DNA of 43,799 bases, from contig MU057552.1 in the NCBI GenBank assembly GCA_013265495.1, positions 32,852 to 76,650 on the forward strand, read 5' to 3'. Made by a program: the position numbers and the translations under genes. The stretch is from Vicugna vicugna (lineage: Eukaryota). Of the stretch, positions 12,790 through 25,664 are shown piece after piece. The number at the start of each line of letters is the position of its first letter. Position 1 is the stretch's first letter. The notes beneath the pieces were generated by a model that made no database searches, was not told the DNA's origin, and saw only the letters and a program-made list of their open reading frames with translations.

Positions 12790-13469
12790 CCCCTAGACAC
12801 CTCTTCATACCACGATTCCACAGTGTTCAAAACAGTAATTCACTTGTGAAACTGGGTAATAAGCCACAGCTGCCAGTCCACTGGGCTTTTCTTGATTTCT
12901 TGTAATGTCAAAGAAATCCAGAACAGTCATTAGCTATTTGAAGAAATCTTTGGTATCTCATTTTACAGTTAAAATGTTTTATTCCATTTTTCTAAAATTC
13001 AAAACTTCTGATTATATTAAAGCATAATCATACAGACACCCTTTTCAGGTGTACACACTACACTTTTTTCTTATCATTATAAACAAAGTTCAATTAATCA
13101 AGAAGTTACAATGAATTACAAATTATGTGCTAGGAAATGAAGCAGATACATAACATGTGAAAAAGAGCAATCTTTATGATAGTTTGGAATCTAGCTGGAG
13201 ATCTAAGTACTATGTTGTGCCATCAATTACTTGGTTTTGTGTTAATTCCAGATATATAAAAGAATTTTCAAGAAATCTAGTGTGACTTGAAACATGACAT
13301 AGCTTTGCATCTGAAGGACACTCAGTAAATACTAAAGAAGGGAACAAATGAATGAACAAGAAGAACCAGCATAGCTGTGCAGATACATAGGATTGAGCAG
13401 GGTTTTCAACAACCAGCAACACAAAATCTGCTCCTCGCCAAAAAGAGCCCTCAAGTCTAAACACACACC

Positions 13470-13626
13470 TGAAATATTTCATTGAGTCTAAAGGCACTTA
13501 TTTGTTTTCATGTCTCAGCTTCTCAGAAATTGATGAGATGCCATAATTTAAAGAGAAACATTTTTTCTTTCTAATAGTGAAAATAAATGTGTATCTCAAG
13601 CTTCTTAAATTTGATCAAACATATTG
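13470..13626. mobile_element. MER104/Tc2-like non-autonomous DNA transposon (old)
   Basis: Degenerate inverted ends atatttcattgagtctaa ... cttaaatttgatcaaacatat resemble the recalled MER104 termini. Confidence 0.5.
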
Positions 13627-14649
13627 ATTGACTCTAAACAAATGTCATTATATGTAATATGATTTCAAAATTAATCACTTAATACATGTAAATTTGTATA
13701 CCTAATTATGAATTTTATTATACATAACAGCTCAAAAACTTAATGAAAGCCAATGAAAACTTGTGATGTCAAATTCTGTGAGTTCTGATTCTTAATGTTT
13801 CAAAACATAAAACAGCAAAATTACAACCACTACAAACTCATACAGCACATCTTAAAATCTAGAGCATGCAGAATCTGCAATGTTACTGCAAACGGTGCTG
13901 TGAGGTAAATAACTGCAGATATTGTAAACAAACCTGTTACAGAAACACGGAAGATATTCTTTCCTTTTTATACTTAAAGGTGGAAAGCTGGGGAAAAGAA
14001 AATAATTTTTGTTGCTATAATTTTATCTATAAATAAAAGAAGAAAATACTGACCATCTTAACATGTAGAAATTTTACTGAAAAAGAAATAGAAAGGAGTT
14101 AACTTCATATTAATGAATTTCATATTCATTTATAAATTACTCTAAAGGAAAACTCACACAATCAACATAATGCAGTAACATAAAACAAGCAACCTACTAT
14201 ATTTTATTTTGACGAGGGGAGATGCTATTTTTTTAAAAAAGGGAGCAATGAATTTGCCAATGTCTGACTATTATCAGGCAGCTAGGGAAACATTTTATAG
14301 TCTACTGGAAAAGTGCAAACAGGTATGAATTAAACTGCTGACACAACCTTAGTACAGCATCCTAGTCTAATTAGTATAGGAAGATACATCAAGGAAAGAG
14401 CTTCCAATTTTTTTATCATTATCAGCCTCAATATCTGAATAGAAAAGGATATGAACTAGTGAAACATTAATCAATTAAGGGAAGAATAAACCTTAAATCT
14501 GTAGGAGAATCTGCATTTATCTATGCACCTACAGGTAGGTATGTCTGTATAGGAATTTCTCATAAGACTTACATAGTGAATCTGACTTTTTCTATGTACA
14601 GGGGTAACTAGTCACTTAGTATTTTTAGCCTTAAGATTCATCACTAGAA

Positions 14650-14845
14650 AATGAATTAACACTTGTTGAGTTTCTGCAATATGCCCATCACAGTGCTAGA
14701 TGTTTTATGTAAATTATCTCAATCTCCAAAAGAATCCTACCAGATAATTAGTATTTACTTCACATAACCAAAACTCAGTCACCTAAATTTGAATCCACTG
14801 GCCAAGTCAGGCAAACTCCAAAGCCCTTTTCCTTTACTACATGGT
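14650..14845 (-). mobile_element. MIR SINE (old)
   Basis: aacacttgttgagtttctgcaatatgcccatcacagtgctagatgttttatgtaaattatctc...actccaaagcc resembles antisense MIR. Confidence 0.6.
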
Positions 14846-17392
14846 GCTATGTATATATAAACATGAATGTGCACAAATACAGTTCACTACATGAATCATG
14901 ACATAGCAAAGGGACAGCTAGAGACTGGTGTCTAATTTTTTCTACATAACACACTTCTGTAGTGAGAGTTAGTTCAATCATTCATCATTAAGTGATGAGG
15001 TCAGTATAATGTGAAAGTCATATTGGTCCAGAAAGAATTATTTCCAGCATAGTAATGTTTTAAACCCATGAGGGATGAGCTTTCTCACAGTGTCTTAGCA
15101 ATATATGATGACCTTAAGGAAAACACATGACCATCCTGTGGAGGAGGGTGAACAGAGGCCAGTTAATGGCTTCAAGAACTGATAGGATTTCTACAATGTT
15201 AGACTATCTGGTTGAGCTGTGAATGCAAATAAGCCATGAAAATATTTCCCCATGTTTACTTAAAAAAAAAATAAGAGGGGAGTATCTAAAGAAGAAAGTC
15301 TACATCCTGGATCAGAATTTTTAATTTTGACAATTTATCTTTAACAGAATTGAATGCCCTCATGGAACTACATATTCAAAGAAGCTGATATTGGGTGCAA
15401 ATGTTCAGCTATACTAGAATTTTATGAGAACTGTTACCAGTTTTGCTAGTACAGAGGTTACAAGGCTGCATAGTTCTGAGTTGCTTGTTCATATTTTTTA
15501 GGGTATAATTTTGCAGAACTTTAGTTTCTTTTTCCCAGAGACACATATATTGCTTTACAAGAGAACTGCCTGTATTATGGTATTGTAGAAAACCTAGTTT
15601 AACCACCAGCTTTATTCAGACCTAGTCTAAGTTCTTCAGTATTTGCTGTTACAAAGTAAACCCAATCTATACGGAGAGGTTAAATAAACTTTATTGCTGC
15701 TAAACAATTAAGAATTACTTTGTCAAACCAAATCATTGCCCATTTTTATTTTTACTTTAAGAAATAAAGAGTTGGAGTGAAATATTTGAAATAAACAAAA
15801 ACAGAAAATAACATTTTAAAATACTGATTATATTAACAGAAATAGAATATATGATCTCAAAATTCTCAAAATTATGCTAAATTAAATGTAAATTGTAGTA
15901 TATACTATATATTAAAAATATTTTGTGTCAGTTAAAAATTTTTTAATTCCACAAGGAAGATGACATTCATTACAATAATAATATAGGTTTTTCCCTTAGA
16001 AGTAGTCTACAGACAGCATACTTGAGATTATTTTCCTTATGAAAATGTCAAATTATTAAGGTGAAAATAATATTTAACAATACCAGTCACAGAAAATACA
16101 CTTTACTAAGTTGGCTTCTTCATTTAAATCTCTCTGTGTAACATGTCTAAGACATCACTAATACTTTAAGAATGTCAAACCCTAATCAAATTTTAACTCT
16201 GGTAAAGTAAATTACTAAAAGTTATCAATATTGAAAGTTATTAAATTTCCACTGTGATAAAACAAAATAGGAATCAAAATTATACAGTCCTACATAAAAT
16301 AAAATGTTTATTTAACAACTAGAGCTTACACTGCTCAGTAAGTGTTTTACTCTCCTCATCGATATAATTGAAGGTTTCAGAGCTTGGCTTCTGTCAATTT
16401 GCTACCTCTCAATCTCAGAAGGCTGTTGTTTCTTGATTCCTCCTTCCTTCCTTCCTGTCTATGAAGAAAAGAGTGATCCCTATCATTCCCATGACTAATA
16501 TCAGTCCTTTTGATTTTGTCTTCCCCATATCTCCTCCAGAAACTTGCTCTTTTAAATCATCTCCCTCCTGCTTAAAAGTTCAACTGCTTTAATCTCATTT
16601 GTCTCTCTTTCCATGAACATTATTCTTCCTAAGTTTAAGAGATAATGTTGTGCCATGAAACTTGCCTGTGTTTTGTGTATTCAGATACCCTGCTGTAAAA
16701 TGTACCTCTTACTATGACTCACAGTAAAAAGAAAAGCAAAAAAAAAGCTTGAAAGTTACTTAACTAATCTTGTGCCTTCATTTCATAGATGTGAACACTG
16801 AACCCACAGATCTGATCTATCAAAATTCACTCACTCAGTAATAGAATTCTCGGCCTTTCAATTCCCTCTATGGACAGAGCTTTTCTTTACTTTTCAAACT
16901 ATGTCATGACATGTTGTCATTTAGTGATGACCACTTGTCATTATCTTAAGGTTATCTGTCAATAGATGCTTTATGTTAATATTAACTGAAAACTCAAGTT
17001 ACTGGTTCCAAGCAAGGTCAGAATTCTGGACCAAAACTATTAATATCTCCATTTTGTTCATGTGCATCTCTTTTATTATAGGTCCATGAAGTGCCTTTTT
17101 TTTCTCAGTCACTTTTTCCCTTCCTAGGTCATACCTCAGATAATGCTGTCTGTCTTGGAGGTCAGACTCCATCCTATCTTGGGTGTCTGATTGTTTAAGG
17201 AAAAGGCAAATGTGTGTATTTTCCCAGTTTTCTAGGATGATCTTTGTCCTGTGGGGTGACATATTGGAGATAATTTACAAAAATGTGCGCTGTTGGGAAA
17301 GTAACAGGACTTGCCTTACCCTGTGTGCAGGCTGGAAATGAAGGCCAGTGGTGGGCTTGGCAGTGACAGCCGCATAGGCTTACTGAGCCGCC

Positions 17393-17411
17393 CTCCAGCA
17401 GGGGGCAGCAC
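17393..17411 (+). promoter_or_regulatory. Strong CTCF consensus motif
   Basis: ctCCAGCAGGGGGCAGcac matches the CTCF core CCASYAGRKGGCRS, in a GC-rich patch within AT-rich DNA. Confidence 0.65.
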
Positions 17412-17870
17412 TTCCTTTACTGCTGGTGGAAGGGAGGGAGAGAGTGTGTGTGTGTGTCTGTGTGGCCTTCCAGTACCTTTGCAATAACTGTAGTATGTGC
17501 TTTACTATGTTAAAGAGCTCCTCCCTTCACTCTTGAAATAATTTGGTTTCTTTGAAGTTGATTTTTGAATAAAGATCTACAGAATTAAATTAGTTGTATT
17601 CAAAGAAGTTAAAAAACCCTCCCATCTTTAGTAACAACTTTACTATGATTTATCATCATGTTTTTTAAGGACCATTTAACATTGTTTTTGTAATAGAAGA
17701 AAAAACATTTTAACTTTCAAAAATAAATTTATTATTTTCTAATTATGCATTTATTATATTTATTTTGAAGTAAAACCTGTAATCTTTAATCACTTAGAAT
17801 AATCACTGTTAACATTTTTCTATGTGCAATTTTTTAATGTATAAGTAAATCTTTTAAATATACAGCTAGA

Positions 17871-19185
17871 CTGAAGCAATATGCTGTATACCAGAAATTG
17901 ACACAACATTGTAAACTAACTTTACTTCAATTAAAAAAAAATCTCCTAGAAGAAAAGTTAGGCAAAACATTCTCTGAAATAAATCTTAGCAATGTTCTCC
18001 TAGGGCAGTAAACCCAGACAATAGAAATAAAAGCAAAAATAAACAAATGAGACCTAATTGAACTTACAATCTTTGCACAGCAAAGAAAACAATACACAAA
18101 ACAAAATGACAACCTATAGAATGGGAGACAATATTTGCAAATGATGAAACTGACAACTGCTTAATTCCCAGAATATTTTAAAAAAATCAGCTGATACAAC
18201 TTTATAGCAAAAAAAACAAACAGTCCTATCCAAAAATGGGCAGAAGACCTAAACAAGTAAACAAGTAATTCTCCCATGAAGACAAACAAATGGCCAACAG
18301 GCACATGAAAAAATGCTCAGTATCGCTAATTATCAGAGAAATGCAAATTAAAACTACAATGAGATATCACCTCACACCAGTCAGAATGGTCATCATTCGA
18401 ATGTCCACAAATGATAAATGCTGGAGAGAGTGTGGAAAAAAGAGAACCCTCCTACAGTGCTGGTGGGAATGTAGTTTGTTGCAGCTATTGTGAAAAGCAG
18501 TATGGAGATTCCTTAAAAAACTAAAAACAGACCTAACATATGATCCAGCAATCCCACTCCTGGGCATAAATCTGGAGGGAACTCTAATTCAAAAATTCAC
18601 ATGAACCCCAATGTTCATAGCAGCATTATTTACTATAACCAACCTAAAGTGTCCATCAAAAGATAACTGGATAAACAAGCTGTGGTATATTTATATAATG
18701 AAATACTACTCAGCCATATAAAAGAATAAAATACTATTATTTGCAGCAACATGGATGGACTTGGAGATCACTAGTCTAAGTAAAGGAAGTCAGACTGAGA
18801 AAGAAAAATAATATCACTCATATGTGGAATTTAAAAAAAGACAAAAAGACACTGATGAACTCATCTACAAGACAGAAAGAGACTTGCAGACATAGTAAAC
18901 AATCTTATGGTTACTGGGGGAAAGGGGATGGAGAGGGACAAACTGATAGTTTGAGATATGCAAACATTAACTACTATATATAAAAATAGATTAAAAAAAC
19001 AAATTTCTTCTGTATAGCACAAGGAAATATGCTCAATATCTTGTAGTAATGTATAATAAAAAATGTGAAAATGAATATATTTGTGTATATGTATGAGAAA
19101 CATTATGCTGATCACTAGAAATTGACAAATTGTTACAGTATAATTTTAGAAAAGCTTAATTGACCAAAAAAAAAATCAAGAAGAA
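17871..19185 (+). mobile_element. Composite 5'-truncated L1 (short 3' tail and A-run fused to a ~1.25-kb L1 3' portion)
   Basis: 17871-17940 is the extreme L1 3' end plus A-run. 17939-19170 is ORF2 C-terminus ([33 protein letters not shown]) plus 3'UTR and A-tail. Flanked by atatacagctaga (17858-17870) / atattcagctaga (19203-19215). Confidence 0.9.
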
Positions 19186-19394
19186 AATATATATATATAT
19201 GTATATTCAGCTAGATTCTTAGTCGTATCACTTAATGTGTAAGGGGAATGATTGTTTTCCCTCTGCCACCTTCTTATAGGTTGATGCGTTGCGAATCCCC
19301 CTGGGACTCTCCATCACCCCTCAGTGTGGAGACTGTCCACACTTCCTGCTAGAACTATGGTGTTCTTGTGGTTTTAGTTACTGTCTCTATGTTG

Positions 19395-19905
19395 GGATCC
19401 AAATCTGCATCTCTAGTCCCTAAGGCTTTTTTATATTCTTCTAACTGCCTGTCAGAAATTTTCAACTGGTTGTTTTATAGGCACCTCTTCATGTAAATCT
19501 TTACTCTCCCATGTGGCTCTTAGCGTGACCTACAAACTTTTTGAAATCACGTTGGTGTATTTCTCTCCTGTCACCTTACTGTTCCACTTAGTTCTCTCCC
19601 ACCCCTTCTGGGCTGGTTTCCTAGCTTCTGAGCATCTCCTTCCTTCGACTTGGCCTGGTTACTCAGACATCAGCTTTCAGACCCTGATCTCTGGGAAATG
19701 TTTTTGAACTCCTCTTTGACCTTAAGACCGGGTCAAGTGCTTCAATGTATGCTGTGATACCTTTTTCCAGCATAGCATTTGTCACTTCTTATAGTCTTAT
19801 TGTTGCCTGTTTAATAGACATAAGCTTCTTATTCACAATTTCCTAACACCTAGTCTGGGGACTGGCACTTAGTAGGGACGTAATAAAAATTGTTTGGATA
19901 AGTGA
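19395..19905 (+). mobile_element. L2 LINE fragments (old)
   Basis: tccaaatctgcatctctagtccc...aactgcctg...aggcacctc and a 3' end cacctagtctggggactggcacttagtaggg...tgtttggataagtgag. Confidence 0.55.
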
Positions 19906-21344
19906 GCAGTATTATGAAAGGTCCCCAGTCTAATTAGCTGTAATTAGTCTTCTACATTATTTTTAATGTCTTTCATGGTATTGGCATTTAATAGCATAAA
20001 GGTTCACCCAGGGTTTGGGCGTTTTCCTTTCTTTTTTTGAGTACAGCATGAATGGGTTTTCATATCTCAGTGTTCAGAAGAAGCCTCCCCTTTACTTTCT
20101 CATGAGAGACTCAGCTGAGCTTAACATGCCTGGGTGGTGTGTCTGATTAGGGTAACAGAACCGGAGCTATTACCCAGCTCTGCTGTGTCCGGCTTTATTG
20201 CCCTATTCAGCAGCTTATATGGCTCTTATGAGAACTTCATACAGGCTTCTGATTATTTTTTAACTTACCTGCCCTCAGACTCAATGGAGGTTAATTTAAC
20301 AGTCTCATCCTCTCCCTAAAGGGTGCTGTTAGCTAATAATATGTTTGAAAAGAATTCTCTAACCTAACAACCTCCCCATATCTGTTTAAACTTTGTTACT
20401 GAGACATTTGTGGAGCTGGCTCTTATTTATGATCTCCTCCTAGTATTTTGCTAATGCCATGGTAAGGAATTGGCCCTTGTGTACAAAATGAGGTACATTT
20501 CTTTTGGCGGTTTCTGACTGGCTGGCAGTATCTGGCCCATAAAAAGCGGCCCTTACCCCCACTCCACACTTCTCTAGCCATTCCTTTCCTGGTTCTCTTA
20601 TTTCCTGAATATGTATTTCCCAGGTGCTCTTTTGGGCCTTGTCTTCTCTTTGTCTTCATCTAAAACAATTGTAAAGATTATTGACAAATTGTACTTCTTG
20701 GTTATCATCTCAGATTGCAGTTGCTTCTTGCATATCCCATAAACCTGAGAGTGAGGCTGAGATAACTCAGGGACCTTATATGTCAACTGATTAAGTGGGG
20801 CTCTTTCCCCTTCCTTCACCGTAGTTCTGAGTTGCTCCTGTATTTGTAGTTTTTGAAGACTGTCACTATCACTGCTGTCATCTGGGCTCTGAACCTGGCC
20901 AGATCATGCCAGTTCTATTTCCCGTAACACCTCCTGAATCTCTATGATTCACACCCTACCACGGTCAGTTCAGGAATGAATTTTCTCTGACCTGCTCACC
21001 ACTCTTCCATCTGGCCTCATCCTCCAATTCCTTGTGAAGGTGCACATTCACAGGGAGCCTCGGGTGCTTGTCTCTCCTAGCTCTGCAATGCTAACCACCT
21101 GTTGCAAATTGCATAGCCCTTAACATTCCTACCAGTTCTGCCCCTCTTTATCAGGACCTGGCAGTGTCTTTTCATGTGATGAAGGTTTTTTGTAAGTTTC
21201 TTTCAAAATTGTTCCATGTTTAAATAGACCCTTGGATTTCAGCTATTATCTGCTGTTTAAAAGCAGTGTAGTGTTTTTTGACAGGGGAACGTGGGCTCTT
21301 AAATACTGGTGCACCTCTAGAAAGATCCAAGCATCACTTGGAAT

Positions 21345-21660
21345 TGTTGTGACCTTGTCAACAGTCTTAAGTGAGTAGGCCATGGACCACAGTCAAAGTC
21401 CACAATAACTTGCATGTGTGTGAGGTGGGAAGTAAATGTATGCATGTGCCAATAGCATGAGAAAGTATTATGAACAATACACATGCGCGGGCATAATAAA
21501 AGGACAAGTGCATACGCCCGAGGACACGCTTCACCCGCTTGTACTGCAATAAACTGCTGTTTTGCTCCATGTCAGCTCCTCACACATTATGTCAGCTCCT
21601 TGTGCATTTTTTCCAGTTGGGCAGCTCACCTCCTCGCATCCCCTTTCCAGCCTCCCACGG
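21345..21660 (+). mobile_element. Possible ancient solo LTR
   Basis: TG start (tgttgtgacc), ccaat, TATA-like cataataaaagg, and aataaactgctgttttgct ~55 bp downstream. No clear CA end or TSD. Confidence 0.35.
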
Positions 21661-22419
21661 ATGACAGACCTAAACTAGTATTTCTCATTATTTCTAAGGC
21701 TGTAGTTTTGCTCATGCTACTTCCCTGTACCCCAAAACTATTTGGATTCCCGCTGCTTTCAGAATGTTTACATAAGTTCCAGATAGCCTGGCATTCTGAG
21801 TGTATTACATATTGGCTTAGAACTACGTTTCCAACCTCATAACCTGCTATTTTACACCATATTCCTGGTATACCTCCTGTCACAGCCAGATAGGTGTATC
21901 TGAGGCCCGCTGGTCTGGGGTGCCCTGTTCTTTCCCTCCCCCACACCCTTCATCCTCTACGTCATAAACTCTTCAGTTCCAGCCTTCTCTGGCATGCCCA
22001 GATGAAAATAATACCACACTTATCACTTCTAACACCTAAAAATATACAATGGAATGATAGTTTTTTTCTATCTCACAGCAGGACTTTATATCCCTACAGC
22101 ATCCAGCACATAATAAGCACTTGCTATTTTTTTGATGAAAAAATTGTCACTTAATCAGTTGCCACCTGTGATCTACCTGTTTGTAAGTTGAGAGTACTGT
22201 GGTTTCATTGGTTTAGCTCCACACTATGAAAGTCTTCTTTGTGGAAAAACTTATTCATAAGGGTGAAATTTCCCTTAGCTCATCATGATTCTGTTCCACT
22301 AAACTTCTAACTCATTTTGAAGTTTACAGTTAGGGCATGAGAGTCAAAGTGAGCCTGTGGGCATATATATTTTTACTTGATAAGTGTAGAAATTTACTGG
22401 TATATTGAGAAGATGATCA

Positions 22420-22585
22420 GACTAGGACTCAGAATACAGACCTAAATTTGAGTTCTACATTTCCACCTAAGCTTAGATAAGTCATTTAAAATCTCTTGGT
22501 CTTAGTTTCCTCTATAAGGGAAAAGTTGCATAAGATAGTTTCAGCTGTCAGTTTGGAATGAAAAAGCCTATATGAATGCTTTTGA
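22420..22585 (+). mobile_element. MIR SINE
   Basis: cagacctaaatttgagttct...cttagataagtcatttaaaatctcttggtcttagtttcctctataa matches the MIR core. Confidence 0.65.
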
Positions 22586-22586
22586 A

Positions 22587-22712
22587 CAGGAGGCTGCAAA
22601 CTTTTTCTTTAAAGGACCAGATAGTATTTTAGGCTTTGCTAGCCATAGACTGTTGCAGCTCCTCGACTCTGCTCTTAGTAGCTTGAAAGTGGCCATAAAC
22701 AATATGTAAACT
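22587..22712 (+). mobile_element. MER58-like hAT-Charlie fragment
   Basis: caggaggctgcaaactttttctttaaaggaccagatagtattttaggctttgctagccatag...gccataaacaatatgtaaac. Confidence 0.7.
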
Positions 22713-22759
22713 AGCATTTCAGTATTTTATTTATTTTAACATTACTATATAGTTTCATT

Positions 22760-24160
22760 TTTATGAAATTATGAAACAAGCAATACTTATCTGTGCTTGA
22801 AAAAAGCTCAAAATTATGTCTGCCTCTAGAATTGTGGGTGTGGGGATTGACTGGGTAGGGACATGAGAGACATTTATGTTCTCTATCTTGATAGTGGCTT
22901 GGATCATATAGGTTGAACTCAAGTAATGGTACACTGGAGGTTTGTGTATTTCACTGAATATAATTTGCTTTCTCAATTTTAGTTAATATGCATGGAGTGT
23001 TTAGGGGTAAAGTGTATGGACATCTGCAACATGAAATGCATTAAAAACAAATGGTAAATAGATATAAGATAAATATAGTAGGCTAACTGTAGAATTGGGT
23101 TTAATGGATGTTCACTTACATTTCTTCTAACCTTTCTATGTATTTGCAAATATTCCTAATTAAATGTTGCAGAAAAAATAATAAATGAATATACTGATTT
23201 TTTCCTTGACTGCCTTCTACCAGTCATGGATTCTTTCCTGCAGATAATGATTACTTGTCAGTTTTTCTACCAGTGCTTCTTCAACATGATTATGTATGTC
23301 TGTCTGTATATGTCTGTATGTGTGTGTGTATATATGGGTCTATGTGGAATATGTAGGAATCATTTTCTTTTCCAATTTTACATGAGTAATAGGAAGAATG
23401 TATGTTCTCGAACTTATTTTTTCCCACTTAATGTCTTGATTGTGTTTCTTTGTCTCTCTCTCTATATATATTATGCATGTATATCTCCTTTGAATCATTG
23501 CAAAATATTCCACAGTGGAGAGATATATATCCAAGATTATATATATATATTTCTTGCTGATATATATTTAGATTTTTCCATTTTTCTCTTACAAATTGCT
23601 GTAGTGCAATTTGTAAAAGAAAAAACTATTTCTCTAGGGTAGACACTGAGAAATGGAATCTACATTTTGTAGCATATGTTTATTTTTATATTAATAGATT
23701 GTCCTCCTGTAAAGCTGTACCAGTAGTCCCTCCAGCAGAGATTAAGTTACCTGTTTCTTTTCAACTTTCTGAGCATTGATTATCACTTTAAATTTTTTTT
23801 TTTTTGCTAATTTGATAGGATGCTGGTATCTGGTTGGGTTAATTTGCAGTGTCTCTGGTGACTGCAACTGAGCATATTTTTATGCTTACACTATTTCCAT
23901 TTTTTTAGTCATGTGTTCATCATCTTGCTCTCTTTTGCCTTGTAATTCCTTTATTTTAGAAATTGTACTTGTTTTAAATTAATATTTTCATTTTTATGGG
24001 CTTTTCCTAATCATTTATCCCAAAATATATTGCATAATCTGCCATTCCTCACCATTTCAACTGCCAACAGTGTTACATGCGAAACTCCATTTTATATGGA
24101 TCCTTTCCTAGACAATGTTCTGTTTTGTTAATTTCTACCTCTGTTCTGTGCTATTATCAC
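22760..24160. mobile_element. Old L1M 3'-region fragments (plus strand ~22760-23175, minus strand ~23370-24160)
   Basis: ggggattgactgggtagggacatgagagacattt..tgttctctatcttgat (plus strand); tttctctagggtagacactgagaaatggaat..gctaatttgatagg (minus strand). Confidence 0.55.
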
Positions 24161-24644
24161 ACTGTAGTATGTAAGCTCTATGTAAGTGTTTGTCAAATAA
24201 AATAAATGTGTGAAGCTTGTGTGAGTACCGTCTCTCCAATTTTGGCATTTGTGTAGTATTAGCCTTATAAAAACCATTTAGGTAAACTTACAGAAAGGAA
24301 AATATGTGTAGAAAAATAATGTATTTCTTGAAAATTGGGAGAACCATCTAAAGGCATTTGGACATGAGAGTAAGAGCTCTATTTATTTTTTCTAAGGACT
24401 TCTGATTTGAAAATGTTAACCAGCTCTTACTTAGACGTTACCAGTAGGTCTTACTGGTTTCTCTTCTCACTGTTGCTTTATATGTTTTTCTTGTCTCAGA
24501 TTTTTTAAAAGAAAACTTTAAAAAATGAAAAATATACAATTGCATTAAATTTATGGAATTTAGTCCATGAGATTTGTCCTTTTTCTCATGTTAGACATAT
24601 AATATATAAGAAAATTTTCTCTCCCAACCAAAAAAAAAAAAAAA

Positions 24645-24920
24645 TTATGCCTCTAGAGGGCAACATTCCTCATACATCAATTATGACAAATAAAAAAAGA
24701 ATTCCACTGTCCAAGACGTTTAAGAGACAAAAGATATATAAGCTCTTACAAGTTTCTTTCTTGTAAGATGTCTCAGAATCTTTAACATACCATTGTGCTT
24801 TATGAATCAACAATAGGCCACTATTACGGTACACAGTGTTTCTTCAAACTTAATCACAGAAACCTTTCTTCAAGGGCCATCTCTAGTGACTACTCCTACA
24901 GAATACATTTGGAAACAGTC
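24645..24920. mobile_element. MER112-like hAT-Charlie element
   Basis: tctcagaatctttaacataccattgtgctttatgaatc...tttcttcaaactta...cagaatacatttggaaaca resembles the recalled MER112 consensus. Confidence 0.55.
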
Positions 24921-25664
24921 TAGTAGACAAATTCTCTAGTTGACAAGTTTCAATTCCTTTTTTTATTCATAGACTTGCTCCTCTGATTTTTAAAACAGGT
25001 CTTTAGACATCCCCCTCTATTCACAAATCATGGCTGAGAATGGAATAAGTATTTACATTCATTTATTTTGGGGAAATCAGAAACATGGAGAACTTACTGC
25101 TTGGCTTGCTCAAAGGACAACAGTGAAAGAAAGAAAAGAAGACAAAAGAAAAAGCAGGAAAGAAAGAGAGAGAGAGAGGGAAAGGCTGGTTCTATAACTA
25201 GTTGAGAGACCCCAGATTTAAAAACCACAGAGCAGTTGAGGTGTGCATAATAAAACATTTCCATATTTACCCAAACTCAGAATATTAAATACTTGAACTC
25301 CATTAACATCCTTCCACAGTCCATATCAGCTGAAATTAAATTTCCTAATTTAAAGATCTGTTGTAAGCCTGATGAGATCTCTATAGATCTCTATAGATGA
25401 GATGCTCTTTAATTTTAACTTGTGAGAGAGCGCTTAAACAAAATACTCCCCTCTTTTGTTGTCATTTGGTCTTTCACTGAAATGATGAAAGCTGTTTTAG
25501 AATATAGACATGCCCCCACTCCACAAGTACTCCTGCAGAATACTCGGAGAATATTGGGGGATGAGCCATGACTTCAAATGTAATACATGTGTCCAACTGT
25601 TTGATTCCTAAATAATTTTCTTTTTTGCATGACTATGAAGCATGCCACAAAGACAATGCAAGTA

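Noticed and set aside
15348..15700. Exon-like, higher-complexity tract with acceptor-like sites on both strands
   Set aside because: All frames tested after the candidate acceptors hit early stops, and no recognisable protein emerged.
1023..19183. aaaaaatcaagaag occurs just before the full-length L1 (1023-1036) and just after the third L1 tail (19170-19183), resembling a TSD around an 18-kb unit
   Set aside because: The 14-mer is mostly A, the third L1 has its own TSD, and an 18-kb retrotransposed unit containing old repeats is implausible. Probably chance.
25372..25402. agatctctat-agatctctat-agat quasi-palindromic repeat
   Set aside because: Simple 10-bp slippage duplication with no further structure.
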